A stretch of DNA of 64,000 nt from Polyangiaceae bacterium (GTDB lineage: Bacteria > Myxococcota_A > Polyangia > Polyangiales > Polyangiaceae), in contig JAPSGB010000009.1 in NCBI GenBank assembly GCA_035063585.1, forward strand, positions 71,975 to 135,974, given 5' to 3'. Under the pieces are notes generated by a model that worked only from the letters and a program-made list of their open reading frames with translations, searched no databases and was not told the DNA's origin. Position 1 is the stretch's first letter. Each line of letters starts with the position of its first letter. The position numbers and the translations under genes were made by a program. Positions 20,716-33,523 of this stretch are shown here, one piece after another.

Positions 20716-21525
20716 ATGAAGCTCGACTCGTCGACGCGCGCCGTGGTCACCGGCGCAGGCAGCGGGCTCGGCCGCGCGCTCGCCGAGGAGCTCGCCCGCC
20801 GCGGCGCGAGCCTCCTCCTGGCGGACATCGACCTCGACGGCGCGAGCGAGACGGTGAAGCTGCTCGGCGGAGCGCGCGCGCACGCGGTAGCGTGTGACGT
20901 CTCGAGAGCGGCCGCGGTCGAGGCGCTCGCCGAAGAGGCCGAGCGCCGCCTCGGTGGCGTCGATCTCGTCGTCAACAACGCCGGCGTCGCGGTGGCGGGG
21001 AGCGTGGGCGAGGTCCCGCTCGACGACTGGGAATGGATCATGGGCGTGAACCTGTGGGGCGTCATCCACGGCTGCCACAGCTTCGTCCCGCGCCTCCGGC
21101 GGCAAGGCCGCGGCGCCATCCTGAACGTCGCCTCGGCGGCGGGCCTCCTCTCGACGCCGCGCATGGCGCCTTACAACGTCACCAAGGCGGGCGTCGTGGC
21201 GCTCTCCGAGACGCTCGCCGGCGAGCTCGCCGGGAGCGGGGTCTCCGTGACCGCGCTCTGCCCCACCTTCTTTCATACCAACATCATGACGAGCGGGCGC
21301 GGCGACTACATGAAGGGCATGACGAGCACCGTCGAGAGGCTCATGAGCCTCACCAAGGTCCAGGCCCCCGAGGTCGCCCGCGCCGCGCTCGACGCCACCG
21401 AGGCCGGTCGGCTCTACGCGATCCCGCACCGCGACGGGCGCTGGCTCTGGCGCCTGAAGCGCGCGCTCCCCGAGCGCTATTTCGACATCATGGGGCTCGT
21501 CACCCGAAGCGGCGCGATCGACTGA
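20716..21525 (+). CDS. Short-chain dehydrogenase/reductase
   Basis: TGAGSGLG, NNAG, YNVTK. Confidence 0.92.
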   Translation: MKLDSSTRAVVTGAGSGLGRALAEELARRGASLLLADIDLDGASETVKLLGGARAHAVACDVSRAAAVEALAEEAERRLGGVDLVVNNAGVAVAGSVGEVPLDDWEWIMGVNLWGVIHGCHSFVPRLRRQGRGAILNVASAAGLLSTPRMAPYNVTKAGVVALSETLAGELAGSGVSVTALCPTFFHTNIMTSGRGDYMKGMTSTVERLMSLTKVQAPEVARAALDATEAGRLYAIPHRDGRWLWRLKRALPERYFDIMGLVTRSGAID

Positions 21526-21527
21526 GC

Positions 21528-22970
21528 CTACCGCGCTGCCTCGACGCGCATCCCGTCGACGGTGAGGCTCACCGCGCTCGGCGCAGCGCTCGTGCGCGGC
21601 ACGAAGAGCCACCCGCCCGGCATGTGATCGTAGGGGAAGAACTGCGCCTCCACGGTGCGCGTCTCAGCGCCGGCGCGCACCGTCACCGGGAGCGGCGCGC
21701 CCGCGAAGGTCGCGTCGCGGAGCACGCTCGGCCCCCACTCGACCACGCCGGCTCCGTCCACCGCGACGAGATCATACTCGGTGGCCGGCCCTTGCACGGA
21801 CGGCAGGTTGATGCGTTGCCCGCGAGCGTGGAGCGCCGCGTAGTTGTAGTCGCTAATCCACTTCTTGTCGCAGTAGCCCATGATGTCCGAGTAGACGCTC
21901 GGGTCCACGAGCTGGCGCGCGAAGCGGTCGTAGCCCCAGGTTCCGATGCTTCCCTTGGGGTACGGGAAGCTCTGGTCGACCGACTGCGGATCGAGTCCCG
22001 GGCCGCAGTTGGCGTGCTCGCGTCCGTGCGCGTGCCCCGTCTCGTGCGCGGCGGTGTCGGCGGCGTACTCGGTGTAGCCCACGCCGAGCGCGAGGCGGAG
22101 CCCCACCGTGCCCACGTCCGGCGGGTTGTTGTTGAGCAGCGTCACCCCGAGCATGCAGCCGAAACCGCAGTACTGCGCGAACGACTCGTTCGGGTTGAAC
22201 ATACCGTAGAGGTACGTGTCATCCGGGATGTGCTCGCCAGTGCGAATCGAGAAGAGCTTCACCCCGACCCCCTGCCACCCGGTGCCGTCCTTGGTGATGG
22301 CCTGCGTCCACGGCACCGGTTCGTGGACGCTCATCTCGACGTTCGACACCGGGTAGAGCTGCAGGAACCGCTGTCGGATCCGCTCGACCTGCTCGGGCGA
22401 GGTGTCGGGCAGGCGCCCCGAGCCGTCCGTGTCATAGCGGAACGGCACGATGATCATGCGGAGCGTGTTCTGCTTCCCTTCGACCGGCACGCTCGCGAGG
22501 CCATCCGCCGGATAGTGCGCCTCGGCGTGGTCGGCATCCCCGGGCTGGAGGAGGCTCACCGCGTAGGACAGCGTGTCGCCGATGCGCGCGCCCGGAACGT
22601 CGAAGTCGATGGTGCTGGCGAGATCCGCCTGCGAGGAGATGCGGCCGAGCGCAGTGAACTGCTCGAGCGGGGCACCTGCTCCGAGCTTCAGCCGCGCCCT
22701 CACGGGGTGGCCGTCGTACTTCGAGTCGGTCGCGTAGAAGACCCGCACCATCGCGTCACGCCCCGCGATGAGCGGCACGCTCGACTGCGCCGGCGCGCCG
22801 TTCACCATGAGATCGCGCTCCACCCCCTGATAGATGGCGATCCGAGTCACCAGCACGCCGGCCGCGCCGACCTCACTCTTCGCGCCCTCTTCCGCCGCCG
22901 AGTCGTTTCCCGAACACGCGGCGAGCATCGAGACGCAGACCGTGACCAGCGGGAGCGCGCGCATTCTCAT
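21528..22970 (-). CDS. Zinc metallopeptidase lipoprotein (M66-like)
   Basis: Lipobox LAAC; HETGHAHGREH (HExxHxxGxxH), WGYD, DIMGY Met-turn. Confidence 0.8.
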   Translation of the reverse strand: MRMRALPLVTVCVSMLAACSGNDSAAEEGAKSEVGAAGVLVTRIAIYQGVERDLMVNGAPAQSSVPLIAGRDAMVRVFYATDSKYDGHPVRARLKLGAGAPLEQFTALGRISSQADLASTIDFDVPGARIGDTLSYAVSLLQPGDADHAEAHYPADGLASVPVEGKQNTLRMIIVPFRYDTDGSGRLPDTSPEQVERIRQRFLQLYPVSNVEMSVHEPVPWTQAITKDGTGWQGVGVKLFSIRTGEHIPDDTYLYGMFNPNESFAQYCGFGCMLGVTLLNNNPPDVGTVGLRLALGVGYTEYAADTAAHETGHAHGREHANCGPGLDPQSVDQSFPYPKGSIGTWGYDRFARQLVDPSVYSDIMGYCDKKWISDYNYAALHARGQRINLPSVQGPATEYDLVAVDGAGVVEWGPSVLRDATFAGAPLPVTVRAGAETRTVEAQFFPYDHMPGGWLFVPRTSAAPSAVSLTVDGMRVEAAR

Positions 22971-23166
22971 GCGGCTCACTTAGCATTTCCCGCGTCGCGC
23001 CACGGCGCGTTTCCTCGGACGCCGCGCGCTCCCGCTCGGAGCCAGGTAGGGGGATGTCGGTGCGGCGCGGAACCCCGAGCCGAGGCGGCGTCACTCCCCG
23101 AGGAGCGCCCTGCGCGGCGCCCTCGCCTCGTGAATCCAGAGGGGCGGCGTGGTATGCCGCGCGCCC

Positions 23167-24510
23167 ATGAGCCGCATCCACAAGACGCTCCCCGCGCCCG
23201 GGACCAAGATCGGCATCGCCTTCTCGGGTGGCCTCGACACTCGCGCTGCCGTGGCGTGGATGAGCCAGAAGGGCGTCGAGGTGCACGCCTACACCGCGGA
23301 CCTCGCGCAGCCCGACGAGAAGAGCGTGGCGGATATCCCGCCCATCGCCCTCGAGCACGGCGCGAAGTCCGCGAAGCTCATCGACTGCCGTGAGGCGATG
23401 GTGAAGGAGGGCATCATCGCGATCCAGTGCGGGGCGTTCCACCTCCAGAGCGGCGGCCGGAAGTACTTCAACACGACCCCGCTCGGCCGCGCGGTGACCA
23501 CCACCGCGCTCGTGCGGCAAATGCGTGAGGACGGCGTACACGTCTTCGGAGACGGCAGCACCCACAAGGGCAACGACATCCAGCGCTTCTTTCGCTACGG
23601 GCTCCTGGTCGATCCGACCCTCACCATCTATAAGCCCTGGCTCGATCAGCGCTTCGTCGACGAGCTCGGCGGGCGCAAGGAGATGAGCGAGTTCCTCGCC
23701 TCGCTCGGCAAACCCTACCGGCTCGGCGCAGACAAGGCCTACAGCACCGACTCGAACGTGCTCGGCGCGACCCACGAGGCCAAGGATCTCGAGCACCTCG
23801 ACCGCGGTATCCGCATCGTGGAGCCCATCATGGGGGTCGCCTTCTGGCGACCCGAGGTCCGAGTCGAGCCCGAGGAGGTCGTCATCGAGTTCGAGCGCGG
23901 CATCCCCGTCTCGATCGGGGGCGAGCGCCGGGAGAGCCTGTTCGAGCTGTTCGAGCTCGCCAACCGGATCGGGGGTCGCCATGGCCTCGGGATGAGCGAT
24001 CAAATCGAGAACCGCGTCATCGACGCCAAGAGCCGCGGCATCTACGAGGCGCCGGGCATGGCGCTCCTCCACATCGCCTACGAGCGGCTGCTCAGCGCCA
24101 TCCACAACGAGAGCACCATGGATCTCTACTTCACCCTCGGACGACGGCTCGGTCGCGTCCTCTACGAGGGCAAGTGGTACGACCCCGAGGGGCTGCTCTT
24201 GAAGGACGCGCTCATGCGCTGGATCGCCCCGAGCGTCTCGGGCGCGGTCACGCTCGAGCTCCGCCGAGGTGACGACTACACCATCGTCGACACCCGCGCC
24301 GAGCACATGACCTATCACCCCGACAAGCTCAGCATGGAGAAGGTCGCGGCAGCCTTCTCCCCCGAGGACCGGATCGGCGCGCTCGAGGTGCAGGCGCTCA
24401 GCGTGACCGATAACCGCGCGCTCATCCTCCACCACCTCGCCGCGACGCAGGCGCTCCCGTCGCGTGACACCGCGATCGGCGAGCTGCTCGGCGAGACGGA
24501 GCCGTCGTAG
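23167..24510 (+). CDS. argG: Argininosuccinate synthase
   Basis: [41 protein letters not shown]. Confidence 0.96.
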   Translation: MSRIHKTLPAPGTKIGIAFSGGLDTRAAVAWMSQKGVEVHAYTADLAQPDEKSVADIPPIALEHGAKSAKLIDCREAMVKEGIIAIQCGAFHLQSGGRKYFNTTPLGRAVTTTALVRQMREDGVHVFGDGSTHKGNDIQRFFRYGLLVDPTLTIYKPWLDQRFVDELGGRKEMSEFLASLGKPYRLGADKAYSTDSNVLGATHEAKDLEHLDRGIRIVEPIMGVAFWRPEVRVEPEEVVIEFERGIPVSIGGERRESLFELFELANRIGGRHGLGMSDQIENRVIDAKSRGIYEAPGMALLHIAYERLLSAIHNESTMDLYFTLGRRLGRVLYEGKWYDPEGLLLKDALMRWIAPSVSGAVTLELRRGDDYTIVDTRAEHMTYHPDKLSMEKVAAAFSPEDRIGALEVQALSVTDNRALILHHLAATQALPSRDTAIGELLGETEPS

Positions 24511-24544
24511 CTCGGACGCGCGGCGCGGCACCCGAACGCGCCGG

Positions 24545-25917
<1,373 letters not shown>

Positions 25918-25921
<4 letters not shown>

Positions 25922-27687
25922 CGCGCCTCCCCCTCCGTCTTCGCAGGATCCGTCGGCAACGCAAGCACGAAGGTGGCGCCCAGCCGGGACGGCGCGAGGG
26001 TGAGCTCGCCTCCGTGCGCGGCGGCGATCTTCCGCGCCATCGCGAGCCCGATCCCTACCCCGCTCGGCTTGCCGGTGACGAAGGGCTCGAACAGGGTCTC
26101 TCTGAGCGCCTCGGGGACGCCGGGGCCGTTGTCCGACACGCGCACGATGATGGCTTCGGGACGCGCCTCCACGCTGACGAGCACGCGCGGGTGTTCGCTC
26201 GGCGAGGTGCCGGCGAGGGCGTCGAGGGCGTTCGAGACCAGGTTCGAGATGGCGATCTGGAGGAGCACCGGATCGCCCGAGAGCGGGAGCGGAGCGTCGG
26301 CGCCCTCGACGACGAGCGCGACGTCGAGCTCGGCAGCGACGTCGCGCCAGAGCCGGAGCGCGCTCTCGATGAGCGTGCTGAGCTCGATCGCCGCGCGCCG
26401 CGGCTCCGGATCCTTGGCAAATAGCATGAGCTGGTGCGTGAAGCTGCTCAGGCGCTCGATCTCGGCGCGCAGCTCGGCGACCACGCGCTCGCTCGGCTGG
26501 GCTCGGTCGCGCAAGACGAGATCGAGGCCCATCTTGAGTCCATTCAGGGAGTTTCGGACCTCGTGCGCGATGAGACTTGCGGCCTCACCGATGCGCTGGA
26601 GCCGCTCCTCGCGGACCACCTGCGCCTCCGACCGCTGGAACTCGCGAAACGAGCGTCTGAGCAGGAGCACGAGCGCGAAGAGGGGCGCCAGCGCCAGGCT
26701 GAGCCCGAAGAGGAGCCGGGTGCGGAGGCGGGCGGTGACGTTCGAGAAGAGCTCCGTCTCCTGGGCGAGCGTGAGGAGCGCGAGCTCGCCGACCGAGATC
26801 GGCGCGGCCGCGACGATGGTCGGCACGTCATCGAGCCGCACCTCGGTCGCGAAGGGGGTCATCGGCCTCCGCGCGAACAGCCCGGTCCACTCATCGGTGG
26901 AAGAAAAACGCGGCGGCACGGGCGGATACACGACGTTGCCGCGCTCGGTGGCGAGCACGGTCATCCGGCTCGAGTCGTCGTCGCCGATTGGGCGATCTTT
27001 GGTGAGATCGACGCCGCCGACCAGCGCGCCGGTGAATTGACCGTCGCGCACCACCGGGGAGACCACGAACACGACCGCATCGGTCGACTGCGGATCGACC
27101 GGGACGATCCGAGCTTCGACGCTCCGCTCGGCCTCGAGGAACCAGGGTTGATTTCCGAGCGAGGTCCCCCGGTGCAAGAACTGGCGCGGCTCGGCCCACT
27201 GCACGGTGCCCTCGAGATCCACCACGGCCACACCGAGGTTGAAGAACGTGCTGTTCTCGTGCGCGATCTCGAGCAGGCGCCGCTCGGGCGCCATGTTGGC
27301 GTCGAGCAGGTTGACCTCCGAGCGCAGGCCGAGACGCTGGAGCTCGGCGACGAGCAGGGCGAGGTGCTGACCGAGGTAGCTCGCCCGCACCTGGGTCTCG
27401 AGCTCGAGCCGTCTCACCACCTGCTCGCGGTCGTGATTTCGGTCGGTGACCAGCGCGGCCACCAGCATCGCGATGGCGACGCTGCTCGCCCCCAGGTAGA
27501 CGAGCAGCACCGCTTTGGCGAAGCGCGCGTGGACTGCCGCGCTCTTGCCTGCCGCGCCGCTAGCCGTCGACGACACCTCGCTCGAGAGGATACTCTCGGT
27601 CGGCACGTCGTCCAAGCCGCTCCCTCGCTCCACGTCGCCGGCTCGCTCGGACGGAGAGCAGCCCCCGGCGCCCGCACTCGCTCGCAC
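25918..27687 (-). CDS. Sensor histidine kinase (two TMs, Cache-like periplasmic domain); start uncertain
   Basis: AHEVRNSL H-box, NLVSNA, DNGPG, FEPF, GVGIGL. Confidence 0.92.
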
Positions 27688-27688
27688 C

Positions 27689-30600
27689 TCAGCCCACGGG
27701 CTCGGCGAGGCGCGCCTCGCGGCGCTGCCGAATCCACTCGCGGAGCTGATGGCCCCAGAAGTAGCTCACCGGAAGCACGATGAGGGTGAGCAGCGCGGCG
27801 GAGATGGTGCCGCCAACCACCACCACCGCGATCGGGCGCTGCGTCTCGCTACCGATGGCATGAGACAGGGCCGCCGGGAGGAGTCCGAGCGAGGCGAGGA
27901 GCGCGGTCATCAAGATCGCGCGCAGGCGCTCCTTCGCGCCCTCGAAGACCGCCTCGAACGGCCGCTGCCCCGCCTCGAGGCGAGCTTTGATCGCGGCCAC
28001 CACCAGAACGCCGTTCAAGACCGCCTGCCCCAGCAACGCGATGAACCCGACCGCCGCGGCGATCGAGAGCGTCATTCCCGCGACCGCGAGCGCCGCCACC
28101 CCCCCGACCATCGCGAAGGGGACGTGGAGCAGGATGATCGCGGCGTCCCAGACGCTCTGAAACGCCGAGAACAAGAGGACGAACGTGATGAGCAGCGCCA
28201 GCGGGATGACGACCTGGAGGCGCTTCATCGCGCGCTGCTGATTCTCGAACTCGCCGCCCCAGACGACGTGATATCCGGGGGGGAGGTCGAGCGCGGCGTC
28301 CACGCGCTCTTGCGCATCCCGCACGAAGGAGCCCATGTCGCGATCTCGAACATTCATGCGGACACCGATGTAGCGCTGCCCGTTCTCACGGGTGATCGCC
28401 GCCCGACCGAGCCCCATCTCCACCTGCGCGATCGCCGAGAGCGGCACCATGTTGCCGTCCTTCAGCGGGAGGCGGATGGAGCGGATGGCCCGAACGTCAT
28501 CGCGGGTGACCCGCGGCAGACGCACCGTGACGTCGAAGCGCTTCTCCCCTTCCCACAGCTCGCTGGCCGCGTGACCGGCGAGCGCGGTCTCGATGTAGTC
28601 TTGGACGTCTTCCAAGTCGAGGTTGAAGCGCGCGAGCGCGGCGCGGTCGATCTTGATGGCAATCTGTGGTGACTCACCAGACTTCACGATCCCGAGATCC
28701 GCGACGCCCGGGACGGTGGCGATGGTGTCCTTGGCGGCCTCCGCCGTCCTCTGCAATCTACCGAGATCGTCTCCGTAGATCTTGAGGGCGACCTGCCCGA
28801 ACTGCCCCGAGATGTTCTCGGCGACGTTGTCGCGGATTGGCTGCGAGAAATTGTACTCGAGGCCCGGGATCTCCTCGAGGTTGGTCGTCATCTCCGCGGT
28901 GAGCTCATCGAGAGTGTGCTTGTCTTTCCGCCACTCGTTCATGGGCTTGAGCTTGACGAAGAACTCGAGGTTGTTCGGCAGCGTGGGATCGGTGCCGTCC
29001 TCGGGCCGCCCGAGCTGGCTCATGATCCCGTCGAGCTCCGGGGTTCTGAGGAGGCGCTCTCGAATTCTCTTGGTGAGCTTGCGCCCCTCGCTCAACGAGA
29101 TGTTTCCTGGCAGGGTGAAGGTGACGTAGAGCGCGCCTTCGTTGAGCTCCGGCAAGAACTCCGATCCTAGCCGCGGCGCGAGCACGAGCGACGACGTCAG
29201 CGCGCCGGCAGCGACCACCAGCACCAGCGCCGGCCGCAGCATGGCGAAGCGGAGTGCCGGCGCGTAGGCGTTCCGTGCCCAGCGAAGGAGCGGCGATTCT
29301 CGCTCCGGCCCACCCTTTCGAAGCGCGAAGAGGGCGAGCACCGGCACCAAGGTGAAGCTCACGAGGAGCGCGCCCACCAAGGCGCTGACTACGGTGTTCG
29401 CCATCGGGGCGAAGATGCGCCCCTCCACCCGCTGCATGCTGAAGATCGGGATGTAGGCTGCGATGATGATGAGCAACGAGAACAGCGTCGGGCGCGCGAC
29501 CTCGCGCGCTGCGTCGAAGATGCGCTCGGCGATGGGGCGGCCCGGGTCGGAGCGCGGAACGCGGTGGAAGAGGTGCTCGACCAAGATCACGGCGCCGTCG
29601 ACGATGATGCCGAAGTCGATCGCGCCCATACTGAGCAGGTTCGCGCTCATCCCACGCGCTCGCAGATAGGCGAACGCGGCCGCGAGGGAGAGCGGGATGA
29701 CGGTGGCGACGATGAGCGACGCGCGGATCGAGAGGGTGAACGCGAACAGCACCAGCGTCACGAGCAGAGCGCCTTCGGCGAGGTTGTGAAAGACGGTGTG
29801 GAGCGTCGATTCGACGAGCTTCGAGCGATCGTAGAAGGGACTAATCTGGATGTTCTTTGGCAAGATCCTCCCGTCCAGCTCCTTTATGCGCTGGCCGAGC
29901 GCCTCGAGCACCACCGAGGGATTCTCGCCCCGCCGCATCAGCACGATTCCCTCCACGGCGTCCTCGTTCGAGTCGCGGGTGACGATGCCCTGTCGCGGCG
30001 CGTAGCCGTCACCGATCGAGGCGACGTCTTTGAGGAGCACCGGGACGCCAGCGTGCTCGGCGACTCGAGTCTGGCCGATGTCCTCGATGTTCCGGAAGAT
30101 CCCGACGCTGCGGATCACGAACATCTCCGAGCCACGCTGCACGTAGCCGCCGGTCGCGTTGCTGCTCGCCTTGTTGAGCGCTCCGAAGACGTCCTCGAGC
30201 CCGACCCCGAGCGTCGCCATCTTGGCAGGGTCCGGGATCACATGGATCTCACGCACCAGCCCGCCGTAGGAAACGACGTCCGCGACGCCCGGGACCCGCA
30301 AGAGCTGTGGGCGAACGACCCAGTCCTGAAGGGTGCGGAGGGTCATCGGGTCGGCGCCCTGGCCTTCGAGCGTATAGCGATAGACTTCACCGATCGGCGT
30401 CGCCATCGGTCCGAGCTCGGGGGTGATGCCGCTTGGGAGCTCCGCGTCTCGCAGCCGCTCGAGCACGAGCTGGCGCGCCAACTGCGGCTCGATGTCATCA
30501 TCGAAGGTCAGCGTCACGAAGGAAAGGCCGAAGAGCGAGATGCTTCGCAGCCGGAACAGATGGGGGATGCCGTTGAGCGCCCGCTCGAGCGGGATCGAGA

Positions 30601-30793
30601 CGCGCCGCTCGACCTCTTCCGTAGGCTGCCCATCGAAGGTCGTGATGACCTGGACCTGTGTGTCCGTGGGGTCGGGGAACGCCTCGATGGTGAGCTCGCG
30701 GTAGGCGAACCAGCCGGCCACCGCGAGGATGAGCGCGAACAGGAACGCCGCGAGGCGATTCTTCAGCGAGTAGCGTAGGAGTCCTTCGAGCAT
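27689..30793 (-). CDS. czcA: CzcA/CusA-family heavy-metal RND transporter
   Basis: IEAFPD, SANLLSMGAIDFGIIVDGAVILVE, RLRAILMTA, GSETQRP. Confidence 0.93.
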   Translation of the reverse strand: MLEGLLRYSLKNRLAAFLFALILAVAGWFAYRELTIEAFPDPTDTQVQVITTFDGQPTEEVERRVSIPLERALNGIPHLFRLRSISLFGLSFVTLTFDDDIEPQLARQLVLERLRDAELPSGITPELGPMATPIGEVYRYTLEGQGADPMTLRTLQDWVVRPQLLRVPGVADVVSYGGLVREIHVIPDPAKMATLGVGLEDVFGALNKASSNATGGYVQRGSEMFVIRSVGIFRNIEDIGQTRVAEHAGVPVLLKDVASIGDGYAPRQGIVTRDSNEDAVEGIVLMRRGENPSVVLEALGQRIKELDGRILPKNIQISPFYDRSKLVESTLHTVFHNLAEGALLVTLVLFAFTLSIRASLIVATVIPLSLAAAFAYLRARGMSANLLSMGAIDFGIIVDGAVILVEHLFHRVPRSDPGRPIAERIFDAAREVARPTLFSLLIIIAAYIPIFSMQRVEGRIFAPMANTVVSALVGALLVSFTLVPVLALFALRKGGPERESPLLRWARNAYAPALRFAMLRPALVLVVAAGALTSSLVLAPRLGSEFLPELNEGALYVTFTLPGNISLSEGRKLTKRIRERLLRTPELDGIMSQLGRPEDGTDPTLPNNLEFFVKLKPMNEWRKDKHTLDELTAEMTTNLEEIPGLEYNFSQPIRDNVAENISGQFGQVALKIYGDDLGRLQRTAEAAKDTIATVPGVADLGIVKSGESPQIAIKIDRAALARFNLDLEDVQDYIETALAGHAASELWEGEKRFDVTVRLPRVTRDDVRAIRSIRLPLKDGNMVPLSAIAQVEMGLGRAAITRENGQRYIGVRMNVRDRDMGSFVRDAQERVDAALDLPPGYHVVWGGEFENQQRAMKRLQVVIPLALLITFVLLFSAFQSVWDAAIILLHVPFAMVGGVAALAVAGMTLSIAAAVGFIALLGQAVLNGVLVVAAIKARLEAGQRPFEAVFEGAKERLRAILMTALLASLGLLPAALSHAIGSETQRPIAVVVVGGTISAALLTLIVLPVSYFWGHQLREWIRQRREARLAEPVG

Positions 30794-30797
30794 CGGA

Positions 30798-32033
30798 CTA
30801 CTCGGCGAGGTCGATCTGGTTGTCGAGGAGCACCGAGCCGCGCTCGACGACCGTCTCACCGGCCGCGAGCCCGCTCATCACCAGGATGCGCCCCTCGCGG
30901 ATGGGCCCGGCGACCACCTCGCGTCTCCCGAACGCGCCGTCCGTGCCGCGCACGTAGACGTACTGGCGAGCGCCGTCGGAGACGATCGCGGTCGCCGCGA
31001 TCTCGACCGCACCCGGCGCGGGTGCCGCGAGAAATTGCATGTGCGCGTAGGTGTTCGGCTTGAGCTTCCGATCGCGGTTGTCGAGGCGGACCCGCACCGG
31101 GACGCTGCGGGTCGCCGGATCCACCACCGAGGACACCATCTCCACCGTCCCCTCGATGGTGGCTCCCGGGAGCGACGCGACCGTGATCCGCGCGCGCGAG
31201 CCGCGCTCGACCCCGCTCGCGTCGGCCTCGAAGAGCTGCGCGACCACCCAGACCGACGACAGATCGGCGACCATCATCAAGGTGGTCGCGTCCTCTGCGA
31301 TCTGCTGTCCGGGCAGGACGCTCTTGTCGACCACGTCGCCATCACGCGGCGACTTCACCACGTACTCGTTGTAGGAGCGGCTCGCGACGCGGAGCGAGCC
31401 GAGCTTGGATTCCGCGACCTGATAGTCGACCCTCGCCTGGCGGAGCTGCTGCTCGGCGGCGAGCTCCTCCTTCTCTGGGAGCGCGCGCGCCGCGACGATC
31501 GCCTTCACGCGCTCGAGCACGGTCTTGGCCGTGTCGAGCTCGACGGAGGCCTTGGCCCGCTCCGCGTTCAACGACGCGAGGCTCGGGCTGGTCACCGAGA
31601 ACAGCGCGTCGCCGGCCTTCACCGGCTGACCGAGCTCGACGAAGACCTTGTCCACTCGCCCGCCGAGCGGAGCGCCCACTCGCGCGGTGACCGCCTCGTC
31701 CACGCGGATGTCCGCGGGCACCGGGTCGCTCCAGTGCTCGCGGCCGGGCTCGGCGCGACCGAGCGCCACCGACTCCCACTGCGGCGCTCCGCTCGCGAGC
31801 GAGATGCGCCCGTCCTTCACCTTCATGTCTCGAGACTCGGCCGGCGGAGCGGGCGGCGCGCGACGGAAGCGCGCCGAGGCATAGATCGACACCGCGCTCA
31901 CCAGCACGGCGGCGCCGACGCTGACGAGGGTGCCGCGGCTCGGACGAAACCTATGCGGCCGCTCGGCGGCCGACGGCGAGCTCGGCCGCTCCTGAAGGAC
32001 GTTGGCCCCGCTCTCGTGGAGATCGTGATTCAT
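30798..32033 (-). CDS. czcB: RND periplasmic adaptor (CzcB-like)
   Basis: TM, VELGQPVKAGDAL, ADLSSVWV, VDPATRS; position in operon. Confidence 0.85.
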   Translation of the reverse strand: MNHDLHESGANVLQERPSSPSAAERPHRFRPSRGTLVSVGAAVLVSAVSIYASARFRRAPPAPPAESRDMKVKDGRISLASGAPQWESVALGRAEPGREHWSDPVPADIRVDEAVTARVGAPLGGRVDKVFVELGQPVKAGDALFSVTSPSLASLNAERAKASVELDTAKTVLERVKAIVAARALPEKEELAAEQQLRQARVDYQVAESKLGSLRVASRSYNEYVVKSPRDGDVVDKSVLPGQQIAEDATTLMMVADLSSVWVVAQLFEADASGVERGSRARITVASLPGATIEGTVEMVSSVVDPATRSVPVRVRLDNRDRKLKPNTYAHMQFLAAPAPGAVEIAATAIVSDGARQYVYVRGTDGAFGRREVVAGPIREGRILVMSGLAAGETVVERGSVLLDNQIDLAE

Positions 32034-33352
32034 GGCTGACTCGGCTGGAGTTCGGCGGCGTCGAGCCCGAGCGCGCGCCGGAGTTGATTTCGGATCGTGA
32101 AGAGCTCGAAACGGGTATCGGTGACGTCGAGCAGGACCGCGACGTGCTCGCGCCGGACCAACAAGAGGTCGGTCATGCTGAGCTGCCCGTGGTGATAGGC
32201 CTGCTCGGTAGCCTCTAGGACGGCCGTCGAGTGCGGGACGGATTTTTCGACCAAGCCGGCGAGCTTGCGCTCGAGGATCTCGCGCCGCCGAACGAGCGAC
32301 GCGACATCCGCGCGGGCGCGAGCGAGGCGCGCCCGCGCGGAGAGCTCGAACGAGCGCGCCTGCTCGTCGGCCTGCGCGGCCTGGTAGCCGCCATGATCGA
32401 AGATCGGCAGCGGGATGGAGAGCGATACGCTGAGAGTGTGAGGCTGGTTGCCGTTCGCGGTGAGGTAGTCACGGGTGTAGGCGACGCCGACGGTCGGATC
32501 CGGGATCGCCTGACGCCGCCACAGCTTCGCGTCTTGCCGCGCCGCCTCGCCAGCGCGCTCGAGCGCTCGCACGTCGGGACGCTTCGCGACCGCGCTCGCC
32601 GCGTCGGGCGGCATCGACGGCACCGGAGCCGCTCGATCGACCGCCGCCATGTCGACGCCGTCGGGCTCACAGGTCGCGGCGAGCGCGACCGAGCAGTTCG
32701 AGAGCGCAGCCTCGTAGTCCGCGCGGTTGTCCACCGCCTCGCGCTCGAGCGTCATGGTGTCGAGCACCAAGCGATCGTGATCGATGCCGCTGATGTCGCC
32801 GTGGTCGAGGCGGGCCTGCTCGAGCTCGATCACCTCGCGCGCCGCTTCGAGTCGCTCGTCGAGGATGCGCTGGCGAGCGCCGAAGTAGACGACCCTCGCG
32901 AGCGCGTCACGCGCGTCCTCGACGTGCGTCACGAGCGCGTCGTCGTATGACAGGACCGCCGCGTCTCGGCGGAGCTCCGCGGCGCGCGCGCGCGGGCCGC
33001 GCTTGCCGAGCTCGATGGTCTCCGCGAGCCCGACGCTGTACGCGCGCGTCTCGGAGGGCGAGAGGCTCGGCGGGTTTCGCGGACCCAGGCCGATCCCGCT
33101 CACCGACAGGCCGAGCGCGGGGTTCGGTAGCGCGCGGCTCACCCCGACCGCCGCCCGCGCGCCCGCGACCTCGGCGCGCGCGGCGGCGAGCTCCGGGTGG
33201 GCTGCGGCGAGCCAGCGCGCGAGCGCGCGGTCGTCCTCGAGCAGGACCGACGGCTGAGCGGGACGCGCGGGGACCGCCTCGGCGGCGGCCGCGCGAGGGA
33301 GAGACGCGGCGAGGAGCAAGAGGAGACGCGGGAGCAGCGAGGAGCGACGCAT
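32030..33352 (-). CDS. czcC: TolC/CzcC-family outer membrane factor
   Basis: Signal peptide, PNP..L, IELGKR, RPDV, SIPLPIFD, AYHHG. Confidence 0.85.
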   Translation of the reverse strand: MRRSSLLPRLLLLLAASLPRAAAAEAVPARPAQPSVLLEDDRALARWLAAAHPELAAARAEVAGARAAVGVSRALPNPALGLSVSGIGLGPRNPPSLSPSETRAYSVGLAETIELGKRGPRARAAELRRDAAVLSYDDALVTHVEDARDALARVVYFGARQRILDERLEAAREVIELEQARLDHGDISGIDHDRLVLDTMTLEREAVDNRADYEAALSNCSVALAATCEPDGVDMAAVDRAAPVPSMPPDAASAVAKRPDVRALERAGEAARQDAKLWRRQAIPDPTVGVAYTRDYLTANGNQPHTLSVSLSIPLPIFDHGGYQAAQADEQARSFELSARARLARARADVASLVRRREILERKLAGLVEKSVPHSTAVLEATEQAYHHGQLSMTDLLLVRREHVAVLLDVTDTRFELFTIRNQLRRALGLDAAELQPSQP

Positions 33353-33370
33353 GACCGACGCGGACGCCTC

Positions 33371-33386
33371 TGCACTTCGCGTGCCG
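33371..33386 (-). promoter_or_regulatory. Sigma54 -24/-12 promoter of czcCBA operon
   Basis: Minus strand CGGCAC-GCGAA-GTGCA (GG-N10-GC), 18 bp upstream of the czcC ATG. Confidence 0.65.
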
Positions 33387-33460
33387 CCCCGGAAGCACCG
33401 GGCAACTAACGAATATGACTTGGCTTTGGTGCTTGCCGCGGCGTGGCCGGCGGCCGCGCA

Positions 33461-33508
33461 TGAACGATCCTTTCAGCGAATACGCGGGGCGGCTGCACGA
33501 TTCGTGCA
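33461..33508. promoter_or_regulatory. Tandem palindromic enhancer-like sites
   Basis: TGAACGATCCTTTCA (33461-33475) and TGCACGATTCGTGCA (33494-33508), centres 33 bp apart. Confidence 0.55.
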
Positions 33509-33523
33509 CCGCGAGCTCACGAG